A DNA stretch of 64,000 bases from an uncultured delta proteobacterium. Its GTDB lineage: Bacteria; Myxococcota_A; UBA9160; SZUA-336. Made by a program: the position numbers and the translations under genes. The notes beneath the pieces were generated by a model. That model had not been told where the DNA came from, made no database searches, and saw nothing but the letters and a program-made list of their open reading frames with translations. The stretch spans positions 224,001 to 288,000 of the forward strand of contig CAVPHD010000005.1 in assembly GCA_963704165.1 (NCBI GenBank). Direction: 5' to 3'. This document shows positions 1 to 9,426 of the stretch, one piece after another; within the stretch, counting starts at the first letter, position 1; each line of letters opens with the position of its first letter.

Positions 1-2052
1 ATGCTGACGGGCCTGGAGGTGAACGACGACGTCTACATCGCGATGAAGTCGTACGACCAGGAAGGGGAGGAGTCGGTCCTCTCGAACGAGATCCGACTGC
101 CGGCCCAACCGCTCTGCGAGACGAGCGGCTGCAACGACGGCAATCCGTGCACGGTCGACACCTGCACCGCGAACGGCTGCACGTTCGACGCGTCCGCCCT
201 GCGCGGAACGGTCTGCAACGACGGCAACGCGAGCACGTACGGCGATGTCTGCGGCGCGAGCGGGATCTGCTCCGGCACGACCGGCCAGTGCAACATCGAC
301 GCGGACTGCGGCGCGTCGAGCAATGCCTGCGCAGGGCCGCGCGTCTGTTCGAATCACGTCTGCGTCGATGGCGCTCCGCGCGCGAACGGCACGAGCTGCA
401 GCGATGGGAGTGCGAGTACACGCTACGACGTCTGTGAGTCGGGAACGTGCCGCGGGTACGCCTGTGGAAGCGACTCCCACTGTTCCGACTCGGAGGGCTG
501 CAATGGCGTCGAGCGTTGCGTGAATCGAGTCTGCGTCGCCGGAACTCCGATGGTCTGCGGCGACGGAAACGTCTGCAATGGCACCGAGTCCTGCAGCCTA
601 TCGACCTGCGTCTCGGGCCAGGCGATGCAATGCCCGCTCGAAGGGGGCCCCTGCTTCGACTCCTTCTGCGATCCCGCCGAGGGATGCAGCGTCGAGGCCC
701 ATCCCGACGGGTCCACGTGCACGACCTCGGCGTCGAGTCTCGCGGGTCGGTGCGCGAGCGGACTCTGCATCGCCGACGTGTCTCCGCCCCCGGGCGGCGG
801 CGATCCGGTGGATTGTGACGCGGCGTATGGCCCGCCCACCGATGTCTACCAGGCGCTCGCCGGGTCGTCCGAAAGCACGCGCAGGATCGTCTGGTCCGCG
901 CCGCTGCACCCGATGGGCGCGCAGATCGACTACCGGGCGGAATTCGAGAACCGCTGGACGACGCTGCGAGCCTACCCGGATTCGTCGGACGGCTGCGAAG
1001 CGGTGTGGTCCGCGACTCTCACCGGACTCAAGTCGCGCGTGCGCTACGTCTACCGGGTGAGCGGCGCGTCCCCCGAGGGCCGTGTCTTCAGCGACTCGTT
1101 CGCACTCCGAGGCGGCCCCGCGTCGTCGCGCGATTCGGTCAAGTTCGCGTTCTTCGCCTCGAACGGTCTCGCCGCGAGCGCGCAATCGACTCGAGCGGCG
1201 AGCGTGCTCGCGCAGATTCGAAGCGGTGGCTACCCGCTCGTGCTCGGCGGCGGCGGTTTCGCGCTCTCGAACGAGGCGATCGCGTCCGGAGCCGCTTCCG
1301 ACGCGGACTCGGCGATTCGCGCCTGGAAGCAGCAGGCGAGCGCGGTCAGCGCGAACTCGATCTTCGCGCCGGTACTCGGCGACACCGAGGTCGAGAGCTA
1401 CGCGCACTCGGAGGACGCGGCTGACTACGCGGAGTTCATGTCCGCCGTCGGAAACGCCTCGCCGCCGGATCCGAGCTACTCGTACGACTTCGGCGGCGTT
1501 CATTTCGTCGCGCTGCATGCTCCGAATCTGGGCAGCCTGTACTCGCGTACGAGCGCCGGAGCCGCGAAGCTCGCCTGGCTCGACGCCGATCTCGCTGCGG
1601 CGCGGGCGAGCGGCGCGCGCTGGATCGTCGTCTACATGCACGTCGATCTGCTCTCGAGCGAGCGCATCGACGCGCTGTCGATCTCGGTTCGCAAGTCGCT
1701 CGGTGCGATCCTGGAGCGCCACGGTGTGAATCTCGTCCTGTCCGGCGAGGGCAACAGCTACGAGCGATCCAATGCGCTGCGCGGTCCGCTCGAGAGCCCG
1801 GTCGTCGGCCCCAAGTCCCGCCGGGTCGTGACCGCCCGAGACGGGATCGTTCTCGTGCGCGCGGGCTCCGGTGGTCGAACCGAGTTCGGCCGCTGGATCT
1901 TCGAGACCCCCCCCGACTGGTCGGCCGTGCGCAACAACGCGACGGCGGTGTACCTGGGCGTGACGGCCAACGGCAACTCGCTGGGCGTGGTCGCCTACGC
2001 CGTCGACGAGAACGGCTTGCGAAGCGTGATCGACGCCGTCGAGATGCGCTGA
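1..2052 (+). CDS. Secreted-type multidomain protein (probably 5'-truncated by the window): FN3-like end, Cys-rich repeats, purple acid phosphatase N-terminal domain and a degenerate metallophosphoesterase domain
   Basis: 683-aa ORF; repeats such as CNDGNPCTVDTC and CGDGNVCNGTESC; ATLTGLKSRVRYVYRV (PAP N-terminal domain); YSYDFGGVHFVAL, WLDADL, WIVVYMH and VNLVLSGEGNSYER follow the PAP layout. Confidence 0.75.
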   Translation: MLTGLEVNDDVYIAMKSYDQEGEESVLSNEIRLPAQPLCETSGCNDGNPCTVDTCTANGCTFDASALRGTVCNDGNASTYGDVCGASGICSGTTGQCNIDADCGASSNACAGPRVCSNHVCVDGAPRANGTSCSDGSASTRYDVCESGTCRGYACGSDSHCSDSEGCNGVERCVNRVCVAGTPMVCGDGNVCNGTESCSLSTCVSGQAMQCPLEGGPCFDSFCDPAEGCSVEAHPDGSTCTTSASSLAGRCASGLCIADVSPPPGGGDPVDCDAAYGPPTDVYQALAGSSESTRRIVWSAPLHPMGAQIDYRAEFENRWTTLRAYPDSSDGCEAVWSATLTGLKSRVRYVYRVSGASPEGRVFSDSFALRGGPASSRDSVKFAFFASNGLAASAQSTRAASVLAQIRSGGYPLVLGGGGFALSNEAIASGAASDADSAIRAWKQQASAVSANSIFAPVLGDTEVESYAHSEDAADYAEFMSAVGNASPPDPSYSYDFGGVHFVALHAPNLGSLYSRTSAGAAKLAWLDADLAAARASGARWIVVYMHVDLLSSERIDALSISVRKSLGAILERHGVNLVLSGEGNSYERSNALRGPLESPVVGPKSRRVVTARDGIVLVRAGSGGRTEFGRWIFETPPDWSAVRNNATAVYLGVTANGNSLGVVAYAVDENGLRSVIDAVEMR

Positions 2053-2192
2053 CGTATCCCTGTTCCGCTCCTCGGATTCCGCGAGGGGGAAACAGGCTTC
2101 CACTCCACCCTCGAGGCCAGGAGGTCCGCCGGCGCGCAGGCGTACGGGCGTGTGTCCGCCGCTGCACGGAATCCGGGGCCGGCGGCTTCCGC

Positions 2193-2208
2193 TGGCACGG
2201 ATTCTGCT
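2193..2208 (+). promoter_or_regulatory. Putative sigma-54 (-24/-12) promoter
   Basis: TGGCACG-GATT-CTGCT matches TGGCACG-N4-TTGC with one mismatch; intergenic, about 180 nt upstream of acnA. Confidence 0.55.
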
Positions 2209-2384
2209 CGACCCCGAGGCACGACCGCTGATCGGACGTGCACCGGGGTCGGAGCGCAGCAGGCACTCCCAACTCTTCTCTCCCCCACAGAGAACTGCCG
2301 GAAAGCCGGCCGAGCCGAGCCGCCCGGCCCCGGATGCACGACCGAGTTGCTATCGTCGCCCTCGAGGTCACAGGAGGGCGAGCG

Positions 2385-5066
2385 ATGGCGGGTTTCGCGG
2401 AGGGCACACTTCGAGTCGGGACGAAGTCCTATCGAATCCACCGACTCGCGGCCGTCGAGGACGCCGGACTCGGCAAGCTCGCGCGGCTTCCCCGCTCGAT
2501 CCGAGTCCTGCTCGAGAATCTGCTCCGCCACGAGGACGGCGTCACGGTCGTGCGCGAGGACATCGCGGCGCTCGCGGCCTGGCGGAGCGACGGCAAGAAC
2601 ACGCGCGAGATCGCGTATCGACCCGCTCGTGTCGTCCTGCAGGACCTGACGGGTGTGCCCGCGGTCGTCGATCTCGCCGTCATGCGCGATGCGATGACGG
2701 ATCTCGGCGGAGACCCCAAGCGCATCAATCCTCTGTGTCCCGCGGACCTGGTGATCGACCACTCGGTGCACGTCGATTTCTACGGCACGGCGGACGCGCT
2801 CGAGAAGAACTCGAAGCTCGAGTTCGAACGCAATATCGAGCGCTTCGAGTTCCTGCGCTGGGGACAGTCCGCGTTCTCGTCGTTTCGGGTCGTTCCGCCG
2901 GCGACCGGGATCGTTCACCAGGTGAACCTCGAATATCTCGCCCCGGTGGTGTTTGCGGACCCATCCGGCGACGTGCCGCTCGCCTACCCGGACACGGTCG
3001 TCGGCACCGACTCGCACACGACGATGATCGGTGCCGTGGGCGTGGTCGGCTGGGGCGTCGGCGGGATCGAGGCCGAGGCGTGCCTGCTCGGTCAACCTCT
3101 CACGATGTTGATTCCGGACGTCGTCGGCTTCGAGCTCACGGGTCAGCTTCCGGCGGGCGCGACGGCGACGGATCTCGTTCTGACGATCACGCAGACCCTG
3201 CGCAAGCACGGAGTGGTCGAGAAGTTCGTCGAGTTCTTCGGCCCCGGCATGCGTTCACTCGCCGTCGCCGACCGCGCGACGATCGCGAACATGGCACCGG
3301 AATACGGCGCCACCATCGGCTTCTTCCCTGTCGACGAGAAGACGCTCGAGTATCTGCGACTCACCGGCCGCAGTGAGGAATCGATCGCGCTCGTCGAGGC
3401 GTACTGGCGCGCCCAGGGGATCTTCGCCGAGGCGGATTCTCCCGATCCGGAGTTCGGCGCCAGGCTCAAGCTCGACCTGTCCACGGTGGTGCCGTGCCTT
3501 GCCGGCCCGTCTCGCCCGCAGGATCGCGTCGCACTCGGCGACGTCGCGTCCGATTTCGCGCGACAGCTTCCGAAGCTCGTCGGCGGAAAGACCGAGCCCG
3601 ATCCTGCGGCGCTCGCAAAGAGAGTGCGCGTCGGCGAGGGATCGGGCGGCTACGAGCTCGGTCACGGCAGCGTCGTGATCGCGGCGATCACGAGCTGCAC
3701 GAACACGTCGAACCCGAGCGTTCTCACCGCGGCCGGGCTCCTGGCGCGCAACGCGATCGCCCGCGGCCTCGACGTGAAGCCGTGGGTGAAGACCAGTCTC
3801 GCACCCGGCTCGCGTGTCGTCGCCGACTACCTCGCGCATTCGGGATTGCTCGCGCACCTCGAGAAGCTCGGCTTCAACGTGGTCGGTTACGGCTGCACGA
3901 CTTGCATCGGCAACAGCGGACCCCTGCCGAAGCCGGTCGCGGACGCGATCGGAGAGGGAAACCTCGTCGCTGCGGCGGTGCTCTCCGGCAACCGGAACTT
4001 CGAGGGACGGATCAGCGCGCTCGTGCGCGCGAACTACCTGGCTTCACCGCCGCTCGTGGTCGCCTACGCGCTCGCGGGGCGCATCGATGTCGACCTCTCG
4101 CGCGAGCCGATCGGGACCGACGAGGCCGGCAAGCCCGTGCTCCTCTCCGACATCTGGCCGAGCGCGGAAGAGGTCGCGCGCACCGTCGCGAGCTCGGTGA
4201 AATCCGAGATGTTCCGCAAGCGCTATGCGGACGTCTTCGAGGGTGACGCGGCCTGGCGCGCGATCGAAGCGCCGGAAGGGGATCGCTACGCGTGGTCGAA
4301 GAGCTCGACCTACATCCGAAAACCGCCGTTCTTCGACGGGATCAAGCGCGAGCCCGACGCCCGCGAGGACGTTCACGGTGCGCGCGTGCTCGCGCTGCTC
4401 GGAGACTCGGTCACGACCGACCACATCTCGCCCGCGGGCTCGATCGCGGTCAAGAGCCCGGCGGGACGCTGGCTCGTCGAGCAGGGAGTCGCGCCCGCGG
4501 ACTTCAATTCCTACGGCGCGCGGCGCGGGAACTACGAGGTCATGGTGCGCGGAACGTTCGCGAATACCCGCATCAAGAATCTGCTGGCGCCTGGAACCGA
4601 GGGGGGAGTCACGACCTATCTGCCCGACGGCGACGTGACGACGATCTTCGAGGCGGCCGAGCGCTACGCTCGCGCGGGAACGCCCCTGATCGTGCTCGCG
4701 GGCGCCGAGTACGGCACGGGCTCGTCGCGGGACTGGGCCGCCAAGGGCACGATGCTGCTCGGTGTTCGCGCCGTGATCGCGACGAGCTTCGAGCGCATCC
4801 ACCGCAGCAACCTCGTGGGCATGGGCGTGCTGCCGCTCGAGTTCGCGGAAGGCGGGAATCCGGCATCGCTCGGACTCACCGGCCGCGAGCTCTTCGACAT
4901 CGAGGGGCTCTCCCGCCTTCGGCCGCGCGCCGAGATCTCGGTGCGGGCGCGGCTCGACGGGGGCGAGCGCAGCTTCCCCGTCGTCGTACGCATCGACACC
5001 CCACGCGAGCTCGAGTACTTCGAGCACGGCGGCATCCTGCCCTACGTCCTGAGACAGCTCGTCTGA
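2385..5066 (+). CDS. acnA: Aconitate hydratase AcnA
   Basis: DLVIDHSV, GIVHQVNLE, GTDSHT, AITSCTNTSNP, GYGCTTCIGNSG, TTDHISPAG, GSSRDWAAKG; ATG at 2385 with GGAGG at 2373-2377. Confidence 0.97.
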   Translation: MAGFAEGTLRVGTKSYRIHRLAAVEDAGLGKLARLPRSIRVLLENLLRHEDGVTVVREDIAALAAWRSDGKNTREIAYRPARVVLQDLTGVPAVVDLAVMRDAMTDLGGDPKRINPLCPADLVIDHSVHVDFYGTADALEKNSKLEFERNIERFEFLRWGQSAFSSFRVVPPATGIVHQVNLEYLAPVVFADPSGDVPLAYPDTVVGTDSHTTMIGAVGVVGWGVGGIEAEACLLGQPLTMLIPDVVGFELTGQLPAGATATDLVLTITQTLRKHGVVEKFVEFFGPGMRSLAVADRATIANMAPEYGATIGFFPVDEKTLEYLRLTGRSEESIALVEAYWRAQGIFAEADSPDPEFGARLKLDLSTVVPCLAGPSRPQDRVALGDVASDFARQLPKLVGGKTEPDPAALAKRVRVGEGSGGYELGHGSVVIAAITSCTNTSNPSVLTAAGLLARNAIARGLDVKPWVKTSLAPGSRVVADYLAHSGLLAHLEKLGFNVVGYGCTTCIGNSGPLPKPVADAIGEGNLVAAAVLSGNRNFEGRISALVRANYLASPPLVVAYALAGRIDVDLSREPIGTDEAGKPVLLSDIWPSAEEVARTVASSVKSEMFRKRYADVFEGDAAWRAIEAPEGDRYAWSKSSTYIRKPPFFDGIKREPDAREDVHGARVLALLGDSVTTDHISPAGSIAVKSPAGRWLVEQGVAPADFNSYGARRGNYEVMVRGTFANTRIKNLLAPGTEGGVTTYLPDGDVTTIFEAAERYARAGTPLIVLAGAEYGTGSSRDWAAKGTMLLGVRAVIATSFERIHRSNLVGMGVLPLEFAEGGNPASLGLTGRELFDIEGLSRLRPRAEISVRARLDGGERSFPVVVRIDTPRELEYFEHGGILPYVLRQLV

Positions 5067-5212
5067 CCTCTCCCGTCCGCGCGCGTCCGGTCTGACATCG
5101 TCCGAGCGCCCCCGGCCCTGGTCGAGTTCGAGTTCGCACGCGCCGATCCACAGGAAGGCTGCGTTACGGATTCGTTCGTATCCGTATCGATGCGTGCCGT
5201 GCGAGGGAAGAA

Positions 5213-7885
5213 TTGCTCTCTGATCCGAATTTGATCGCCGAGTTCGTGGTCGAGTCGCTCGAGCATCTCGAAGCGATCGAACCCCTCCTGCTCGAACTCG
5301 AGAAGCGCGGCGCGGCGGATGACGCGTCGTTGAACGAGGTCTTTCGCGCGATTCACAGCATCAAGGGAGCCGCGGGCTTCCTCGGGCTCGAGAACGTCTG
5401 CTCGCTCTCGCACGCCGGCGAGAGCCTGCTCATGAAGCTCCGCGACGGTCAGTGTCCGTTCCGCGCCGAGATGGCGGAGCCGCTCCTGCGCGCCGTCGAT
5501 GCGCTGCGCACGTTGTTGCGTGGCCTTCCGGAGTCGCAAGGCGAGCGCGCGAGCGAGCTGATCGCGAAGCTCGAGGCGCTGCTCGAGCCGGCGACCGACG
5601 TGCACGCGGTTGGCGCAGAGTCGGAGGGATTCGCCGGGGATTGTGAGGCGCAGCGGAGCAAGGGGCACCATCTCGTGCGCATCGCGCTTCCGGCGCGCAA
5701 GCGCGAGCGAACCAAGCTCGTCGCGAAGCTCGAGCGCTACGGCGAGCTCGTTCCCGAGCCGACAGGGGATGGCAAGAGCGTCGTCGTCGGCTCGCCGCTC
5801 GAGCCGGACCTTCTGGCCGAGGCGATCGAGCTCGATCCGTCGCTTCTCGAGCCGGTCGGCGCGAGTGCCCCCGTGGGAGCCCAGGAATTCGGGCTTCCCG
5901 ATTCGACCCGGCCGCTCGCGTTCTATACCGGCCAGATCGCCGTCGATCTCGGCTTCATCACCGACGAGAACCGTCGCGAGATCCTGCGCGCGCAGCAGCG
6001 ATCCTTGCTGCGCCGCTCCTTCGGCGAGACGGCGATCGAGCTCGGTCTGCTGTCCGCGTCGGGTGTCGAGACGATCGTGAGCACGCAGGCGCGGCTTCTC
6101 GCCGAAGCGGGCCTCGAGGCACTCCCCTCCGAGGATGCGGAGCTCGAATCCGATGCCGCGACCGACGCGAAGGGCGCCATCGGACGCGGCCCGCGCAACG
6201 ATGCGACCGGAACGCTCGAGAAGCGGGCCGACACGATCCGTGTCTCGCTCGCGCGGCTCGACAAGCTCATGAACCTGGCCGGCGAGCTCGTTCTCGCTCG
6301 GAATCAGATGAGACAGCTGCTCGAAGCCTCCAAGCACGCGGGTGTCAAGGAGGTTCTGCAGAGTCTCGACCTCGTCACGAGCGAGCTGCAAGAGAACATC
6401 ATGAACACGCGGATGCAGCCGATTCGAGTGCTCTTCGACCGGATGCCGCGGCTCGTGCGCGATCTGGCGCAGAAGCTCGGCAAGAAGGTCGAGCTCGAGA
6501 TCGGCGGAGCCGACGTCGAGCTCGACCGGTCGATCATCGAAGCGCTCGCGGATCCGATGACGCACATGCTGCGCAACGCGCTCGACCATGGCCTCGAGGA
6601 CCCGCAGGGCCGCGCCGTGCTGGGAAAGCCCGAGACCGGCCGGGTGTGGGTGCGCGCATTCCACGAATGCGGTCGCGTCATGATCGAGGTTCGCGACGAC
6701 GGGCGCGGCATCGATCCCGAAAGGGTGAAGGATTTCGCGATCGCGCGCGGCGCGATCAGCGAGGAGCAGGGCGCGACGATCTCCGAGAAGGACGCGATCT
6801 CGCTGATCTTCGAGCCGGGCCTGTCTACGGCACCCGAGATCTCCAATCTCTCGGGGCGCGGCGTCGGCATGGACGTGGTGCGTACGAACATCTCGAACCT
6901 GGGCGGCCAGATCGACGTCGTGACCGCGATCGGCGAGGGCACCACGCTGCGCGTGCACCTGCCGCTCACGCTGGCGATCATCCCATCGTTGATCGTCTCG
7001 GTCGCGGGCGAGCGTTTCGCGGTTCCGCAGGTCAACGTCGTCGAGGTCGTGCGCCTGAAATCCGAGGCGCAACAGATCGAACGCATCCGTTCGACCGAGG
7101 TGCTGCGCCTTCGCGGAGAGCTGCTGCCGCTGGTCCGGCTCGCAGACTGCCTCGAGATTCCGATGTCGGAGGGTGTGAAGCGACCGCGGTCGAACGTGGT
7201 CGTGGTCCGAAGCGGCTCGCACCTGTTCGGATTGGTCGTCGACGAGCTGCACGATCACGAAGAGATCGTCGTGAAGCCGGTCTCGTCCCACCTCGCCGAC
7301 TGCGGCTGGTACGCGGGTGCGACGATCCTGGGCGACGGGCGAGTGGCGATGATTCTCGACACGATCGGGATCGCGCGGCGCTCGGGGACTCGCTTCGAGC
7401 AGGTCGTCGAGGCGTCCAAACGGGGCTCGCGCGCCGGATCGGCGCCGGAGACTCCGGGTGCGGAGCGCCGGTCCCTGGTCCTGTTCGCGAACACCGCCGA
7501 CGAACGCTTCGCGGTTCCGCTCAGCGATCTGCTGCGGCTCGAGCGTGTCGACAAGACGCAGGTGGAGTGGATCGGCGACAAGCCGTTCCTGAACCACCGG
7601 GGTCGGGCGATCCCACTCGTGAATCTCGAAGACGTGCTGCCGGTCGGTGGCAACTCGGGCGACAGCGACGAGTTCTTCGTTCTGATCCCGCGCATCGACG
7701 GGTACGAGGCCGGGATCATCGCCTCGCGAATCGTCGACACGCTCGAGAGCGACGCGCAGCCGGAATCCGCGCAGATCCACGCGCGCGGATTGCTCGGATC
7801 CGCGATCGTCGATGATCGCCTCACGCTCTTCCTCGACGCGCGTCAGCTGCTCGAAGCGGCGGGGATCGAGAGGATGGGCGTATGA
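5213..7885 (+). CDS. cheA: Chemotaxis histidine kinase CheA (HPt, MshEN-like insert, dimerization, HATPase, two CheW domains)
   Basis: FRAIHSIKGAAG (HPt); LDKLMNLAGELVLARN; HMLRNALDHG; DDGRG; SGRGVGMDVV; two CheW-like C-terminal domains. Confidence 0.95.
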   Translation: MLSDPNLIAEFVVESLEHLEAIEPLLLELEKRGAADDASLNEVFRAIHSIKGAAGFLGLENVCSLSHAGESLLMKLRDGQCPFRAEMAEPLLRAVDALRTLLRGLPESQGERASELIAKLEALLEPATDVHAVGAESEGFAGDCEAQRSKGHHLVRIALPARKRERTKLVAKLERYGELVPEPTGDGKSVVVGSPLEPDLLAEAIELDPSLLEPVGASAPVGAQEFGLPDSTRPLAFYTGQIAVDLGFITDENRREILRAQQRSLLRRSFGETAIELGLLSASGVETIVSTQARLLAEAGLEALPSEDAELESDAATDAKGAIGRGPRNDATGTLEKRADTIRVSLARLDKLMNLAGELVLARNQMRQLLEASKHAGVKEVLQSLDLVTSELQENIMNTRMQPIRVLFDRMPRLVRDLAQKLGKKVELEIGGADVELDRSIIEALADPMTHMLRNALDHGLEDPQGRAVLGKPETGRVWVRAFHECGRVMIEVRDDGRGIDPERVKDFAIARGAISEEQGATISEKDAISLIFEPGLSTAPEISNLSGRGVGMDVVRTNISNLGGQIDVVTAIGEGTTLRVHLPLTLAIIPSLIVSVAGERFAVPQVNVVEVVRLKSEAQQIERIRSTEVLRLRGELLPLVRLADCLEIPMSEGVKRPRSNVVVVRSGSHLFGLVVDELHDHEEIVVKPVSSHLADCGWYAGATILGDGRVAMILDTIGIARRSGTRFEQVVEASKRGSRAGSAPETPGAERRSLVLFANTADERFAVPLSDLLRLERVDKTQVEWIGDKPFLNHRGRAIPLVNLEDVLPVGGNSGDSDEFFVLIPRIDGYEAGIIASRIVDTLESDAQPESAQIHARGLLGSAIVDDRLTLFLDARQLLEAAGIERMGV

Positions 7886-8376
7886 CGACACCCGTCGCGG
7901 GCGCGCCGAAGCGCCTCTGCACGTTCTACCTCGGCGAGGAACGCTACGGGATCGACATCCTCACGGTGCGCGAGATCAACCGCCAGGTGGAGATCACGCC
8001 CGCGCGCGGAGGGCCGAAGGCCGTGCGAGGCTTCGTGAACCTGCGCGGCCAGATCGTGACCGTGATCGATCCGGCGGTGCGGCTCGGATACCCGCCGCGC
8101 GAGCTGCTCCGGACCAGCCGACTGGTCATTCTGAAGACGAATGCAGATCTTCAGAGACTCGGCCTGGCCGACCTCGAAACCGACGATGAGCTCGCAGGGC
8201 TGTGGATCGATCGCATCGCGGACGTCGTCACCGTCGAAGCCGATCAGATCAGTCCGGCGCCACCCGATCAGTCCAACGACGGTCGTTCGTCGATCTCTGC
8301 CGTCGTGCAGCAGAACGAACAGGTCATCCGTCTGGTCGACCCGAGTGCTCTCCTGCACCCGGGCGAGTCGGGATAG
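7882..8376 (+). CDS. cheW: Chemotaxis coupling protein CheW
   Basis: TFYLGEERYGIDILTVREI, VRGFVNLRGQIVTVID; ATGA overlap with cheA. Confidence 0.93.
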   Translation: MTTPVAGAPKRLCTFYLGEERYGIDILTVREINRQVEITPARGGPKAVRGFVNLRGQIVTVIDPAVRLGYPPRELLRTSRLVILKTNADLQRLGLADLETDDELAGLWIDRIADVVTVEADQISPAPPDQSNDGRSSISAVVQQNEQVIRLVDPSALLHPGESG

Positions 8377-8379
8377 CTC

Positions 8380-9426
8380 ATGTCCGCGCAACTGAAGATA
8401 CTGATCGTCGATGACAGCGCGATCTATCGCAGCCTGATCGCCGGCTGCGTGCGCGAAATCCCGGACCTCCACTGCGTGGGTCTCGCTCACGAGGGTCGCG
8501 AGGCGGTCGCCAAGGCGAGGTTGCTCCGTCCGGATCTGATCCTGCTCGACGTCGAGATGCCCGTGCTGAGTGGCCTCGAGGCGATCCCGCAGCTTCGCGC
8601 GGTCGCCCCCGACGCGGGCATCATCATGATTTCGAGCCTGACCACGGAAGGCGCGAACGTGACGATGGAGGCGCTCCAGGCCGGCGCATTCGACTTCGTC
8701 ACCAAGCCGCGCGTGAAGGCGGGAGAAGACGGATTCGCCGCACTGCGCGAGCCGCTCCGCGCGGTCGTCGCGGCATTCCGCGAGGGACGCCTGCAGCGAT
8801 CCCGGCCCGCGAAGCTCCCGCCGCGCCCACGCGAGCGGTGCAAGACTCCCGTGATCGACGTCGTCGCGATCGGGGTTTCGACTGGCGGGCCGAGCGCGCT
8901 CGCCGAGCTGATTCCGAACCTCCCTCCCGATCTTCGGGTGCCGGTGCTGGTCGTGCAGCACATGCCGGCGCGATTCACGCCGTCGCTCGCGGCCTCTCTC
9001 GCCAGGCGATCGAAGTTGCGGGTCCTCGAGGCGGAGGACGGCCGACCGCTGCGCGCGGGCGAGGTGCTCGTGGCGCCCGGGGGCCGGCACCTGACGATCT
9101 CCGCCGCGAACTCGGAGCCGTTCGTCCGACTCACCCAGTCCGAGCCCGTGAATTCATTTCGCCCTTCGGTGGACGTGCTCTTCGCCTCGCTCGCCGACTC
9201 GCATCCCGGGCGTTCCCTGTGTCTGGTGATGACCGGCATGGGTGCCGACGGTCTTGCCGGCGTGAAGAAGGTCCGCGCACGCGGCGGATGGTGCATCGCA
9301 CAGGACCAGGCGAGCTGCGCGGTCTACGGCATGCCGCGCTCCGTGGTCGAAGCCGGTCAGGCCGACGAGGTGCTCGGCCTCGCAGATCTGCCGGCACGCG
9401 TGGCGGAGATCGCGAGCACACGATGA
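8380..9426 (+). CDS. cheB: Chemotaxis methylesterase CheB (receiver plus esterase)
   Basis: VDDS...LLDVEMP receiver; GVSTGGP, QHMP, FRPSVD, MTGMGADG, YGMP. Confidence 0.96.
   Translation: MSAQLKILIVDDSAIYRSLIAGCVREIPDLHCVGLAHEGREAVAKARLLRPDLILLDVEMPVLSGLEAIPQLRAVAPDAGIIMISSLTTEGANVTMEALQAGAFDFVTKPRVKAGEDGFAALREPLRAVVAAFREGRLQRSRPAKLPPRPRERCKTPVIDVVAIGVSTGGPSALAELIPNLPPDLRVPVLVVQHMPARFTPSLAASLARRSKLRVLEAEDGRPLRAGEVLVAPGGRHLTISAANSEPFVRLTQSEPVNSFRPSVDVLFASLADSHPGRSLCLVMTGMGADGLAGVKKVRARGGWCIAQDQASCAVYGMPRSVVEAGQADEVLGLADLPARVAEIASTR

Noticed and set aside
110..780. Possible CRISPR or tandem DNA repeat array
   Set aside because: Repeats are degenerate protein-level Cys-rich units in a CDS; no identical repeats with spacers and no cas genes
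5042..7891. 949-aa minus-strand ORF and many other long antisense or alternative-frame ORFs (e.g. 13704-16253, 21872-23665, 48316-50217)
   Set aside because: Shadow ORFs of high-GC genes; Arg/Ala/Pro-rich, no motifs, and fully overlapping well-supported CDSs
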